From assembly GCA_965660445.1 (NCBI GenBank), contig CBFIAK010000001.1:224001-288000 (forward strand): a DNA stretch of 64,000 bases, written 5' to 3'. This document shows positions 62,455 through 64,000 of this stretch, in pieces. Under the pieces are notes generated by a model. It was not told the DNA's origin, did not search any database, and was given only the letters and a program-made list of their open reading frames with translations. The translations under genes were made by a program, and so were the position numbers. The stretch comes from Patescibacteria group bacterium. GTDB lineage: Bacteria; Patescibacteriota; Gracilibacteria; UBA4473. Every line of letters begins with the position of its first letter. The first letter of the stretch is position 1.

Positions 62455-62484
62455 TATATTTCTATTTTTAACCCTTTATACAGT

Positions 62485-63546
62485 ATGGCAAATGAAAAAA
62501 CAACGGCTTCTACAGAAAAAAAACAAGCACGTCCCTCAAAAAGTAACGCCCTGAGTGATGAAAAAAAATCAGCATTGCAAACAGCGATGTTACAAATTGA
62601 AAAAAACTTTGGAAAAGGTTCTATTATGCGACTTGGAGAAAGAGAAAAAGTAAATATTGAAAAAGTGTCTTCGGGATCAATATCTCTCGATTTAGCACTT
62701 GGAGGTGGATATCCAAAAGGGCGTATTATTGAAATATATGGTCCAGAAAGTTCAGGAAAAACAACATTTTGTTTGCATGCCGCCGCAGAGTTTCAACGTC
62801 GTGATGGGGTTGTTGCTTTTGTTGATGCAGAACACGCACTTGATCCTGAATATGCAAAGAAAATTGGTGTGGATACGGAGAACCTGCTTTTATCTCAGCC
62901 CGATTCAGGAGAACAAGCTCTTGAAATTGTAGAAGCTTTAGTACGATCAGGAAGTGTAGACTTAATTGTTGTTGACTCTGTTGCAGCACTAACACCAAAA
63001 GCTGAAATTGAGGGGGCTATGGGTGATGCTCAAATGGGACTCCAAGCAAGACTTATGAGTCAGGCATTACGAAAACTCACTGCTATTAGTGCAAAAATGG
63101 GAACGACTATTATTTTTGTGAACCAAATTCGTATGAAAATTGGGGTTATGTTTGGAAACCCAGAGACTACAACAGGAGGGAATGCATTGAAATTCTATGC
63201 ATCAATCCGTATGGAAGTACGAAAAGGTGCAAAACTAGAAACGGGAACAGGTGATGATAAAGAAGCGCACGGAAATATAGCGACTATTAAAATCGTGAAA
63301 AATAAAGTAGCTCCTCCGTTTAAAAAAGCGAATGTTGATATTCTCTTCAATGAAGGAATTTCTCGATATGGGGATTTGCTAGAAGTTGGAACCTCTATGG
63401 ATATCATCCAAAAAGCAGGAGCGTTTTATAGCTATACGGGAACCAAGCTTGGACAAGGAAAAACAAATGCCGTCAGTTTTCTGAAGAATAATCCTGATTT
63501 AGGATCAGAAATTGAGAGTTTGATTCGAGAAAAAGCAGGACTGTAG
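62485..63546 (+). CDS. recA: Recombinase A
   Basis: [42 protein letters not shown]. Confidence 0.99.
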   Translation: MANEKTTASTEKKQARPSKSNALSDEKKSALQTAMLQIEKNFGKGSIMRLGEREKVNIEKVSSGSISLDLALGGGYPKGRIIEIYGPESSGKTTFCLHAAAEFQRRDGVVAFVDAEHALDPEYAKKIGVDTENLLLSQPDSGEQALEIVEALVRSGSVDLIVVDSVAALTPKAEIEGAMGDAQMGLQARLMSQALRKLTAISAKMGTTIIFVNQIRMKIGVMFGNPETTTGGNALKFYASIRMEVRKGAKLETGTGDDKEAHGNIATIKIVKNKVAPPFKKANVDILFNEGISRYGDLLEVGTSMDIIQKAGAFYSYTGTKLGQGKTNAVSFLKNNPDLGSEIESLIREKAGL

Positions 63547-63559
63547 TAATGAAATCAGA

Positions 63560-64000
63560 GCAAGAGCACTAGGGCGCTCGAATCTTGAATCTTGAATCCA
63601 GAATCTAGGGAGAATCACAAGGCTTTGCACCACCTTGTGATTTTTTTTGTGATTCCTGCGATTCCTGTGATTTATTCAAGATTCCGGATTCCAGATTCCA
63701 TATTCTACTATTACACAATAACTCTAAAAAAACAAAAAAGTATACAATGAAGCCAAAAACTCGAGACCGGTCTCCAAGTTTTGGCTTAAATAAAGCATTT
63801 GGCATGTCAAATCCCCAAGCTTTTATTATTTTTTAATCTATACCTACGTAAAATGGAGACCGGTCTCCATTTCTCCATTTTATAAGAATTAAGATTGAGA
63901 TTCAGATTGAGAAATAAGGAACAATCACAAGTCTTTACACCACCTTGTGATTCCTGCGCTTCTTGCGATTTTACCAAGATTCAAGATTCCGGATTCCAGA
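63560..64000 (-). repeat. Modular intergenic repeat, copy 6 (long form, inverted, runs off window)
   Basis: Reverse complement aligns with copy 2; palindromes at 63762-63775 and 63855-63868. Confidence 0.92.

Overview
AT-rich, gene-dense bacterial chromosome segment. It looks like Patescibacteria (CPR) using the standard genetic code: the ribosomal-protein block lacks rpmD/L30, most genes have no Shine-Dalgarno motif, and CPR-type VirB4/TraD-like ATPase and baseplate-J-like membrane proteins are present. Most of the window is housekeeping: murA/C/D, tuf, obg, recJ, efp, ruvC, rplP-rplO, gpmI, thrS, tyrS, rpsA, rpmH-rnpA-yidC, recA, three tRNAs and a 23S-5S unit with its own promoter and no 16S. 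The most unusual items are: (1) an archaeal-type 2-phosphoglycerate kinase + cyclic 2,3-diphosphoglycerate synthetase operon; (2) a ~450-nt densely structured non-coding region directly downstream of it, with a near-consensus antisense promoter; (3) six copies of a modular intergenic repeat built from GAATC heptamer arrays, REP-like hairpins and a GGAGACCGGTCTCC palindrome, which occurs singly or as two copies exactly 93 bp apart. Also notable are a catalytically dead MurI-fold protein, an MRS2-like Mg transporter, a PAP2-polyprenol kinase fusion, tRNA-Arg(GCG) with an upstream rod-shaped RNA, and one hairpin cap reused at five 23S helices. All calls are from reading motifs by eye; no database searches were run.
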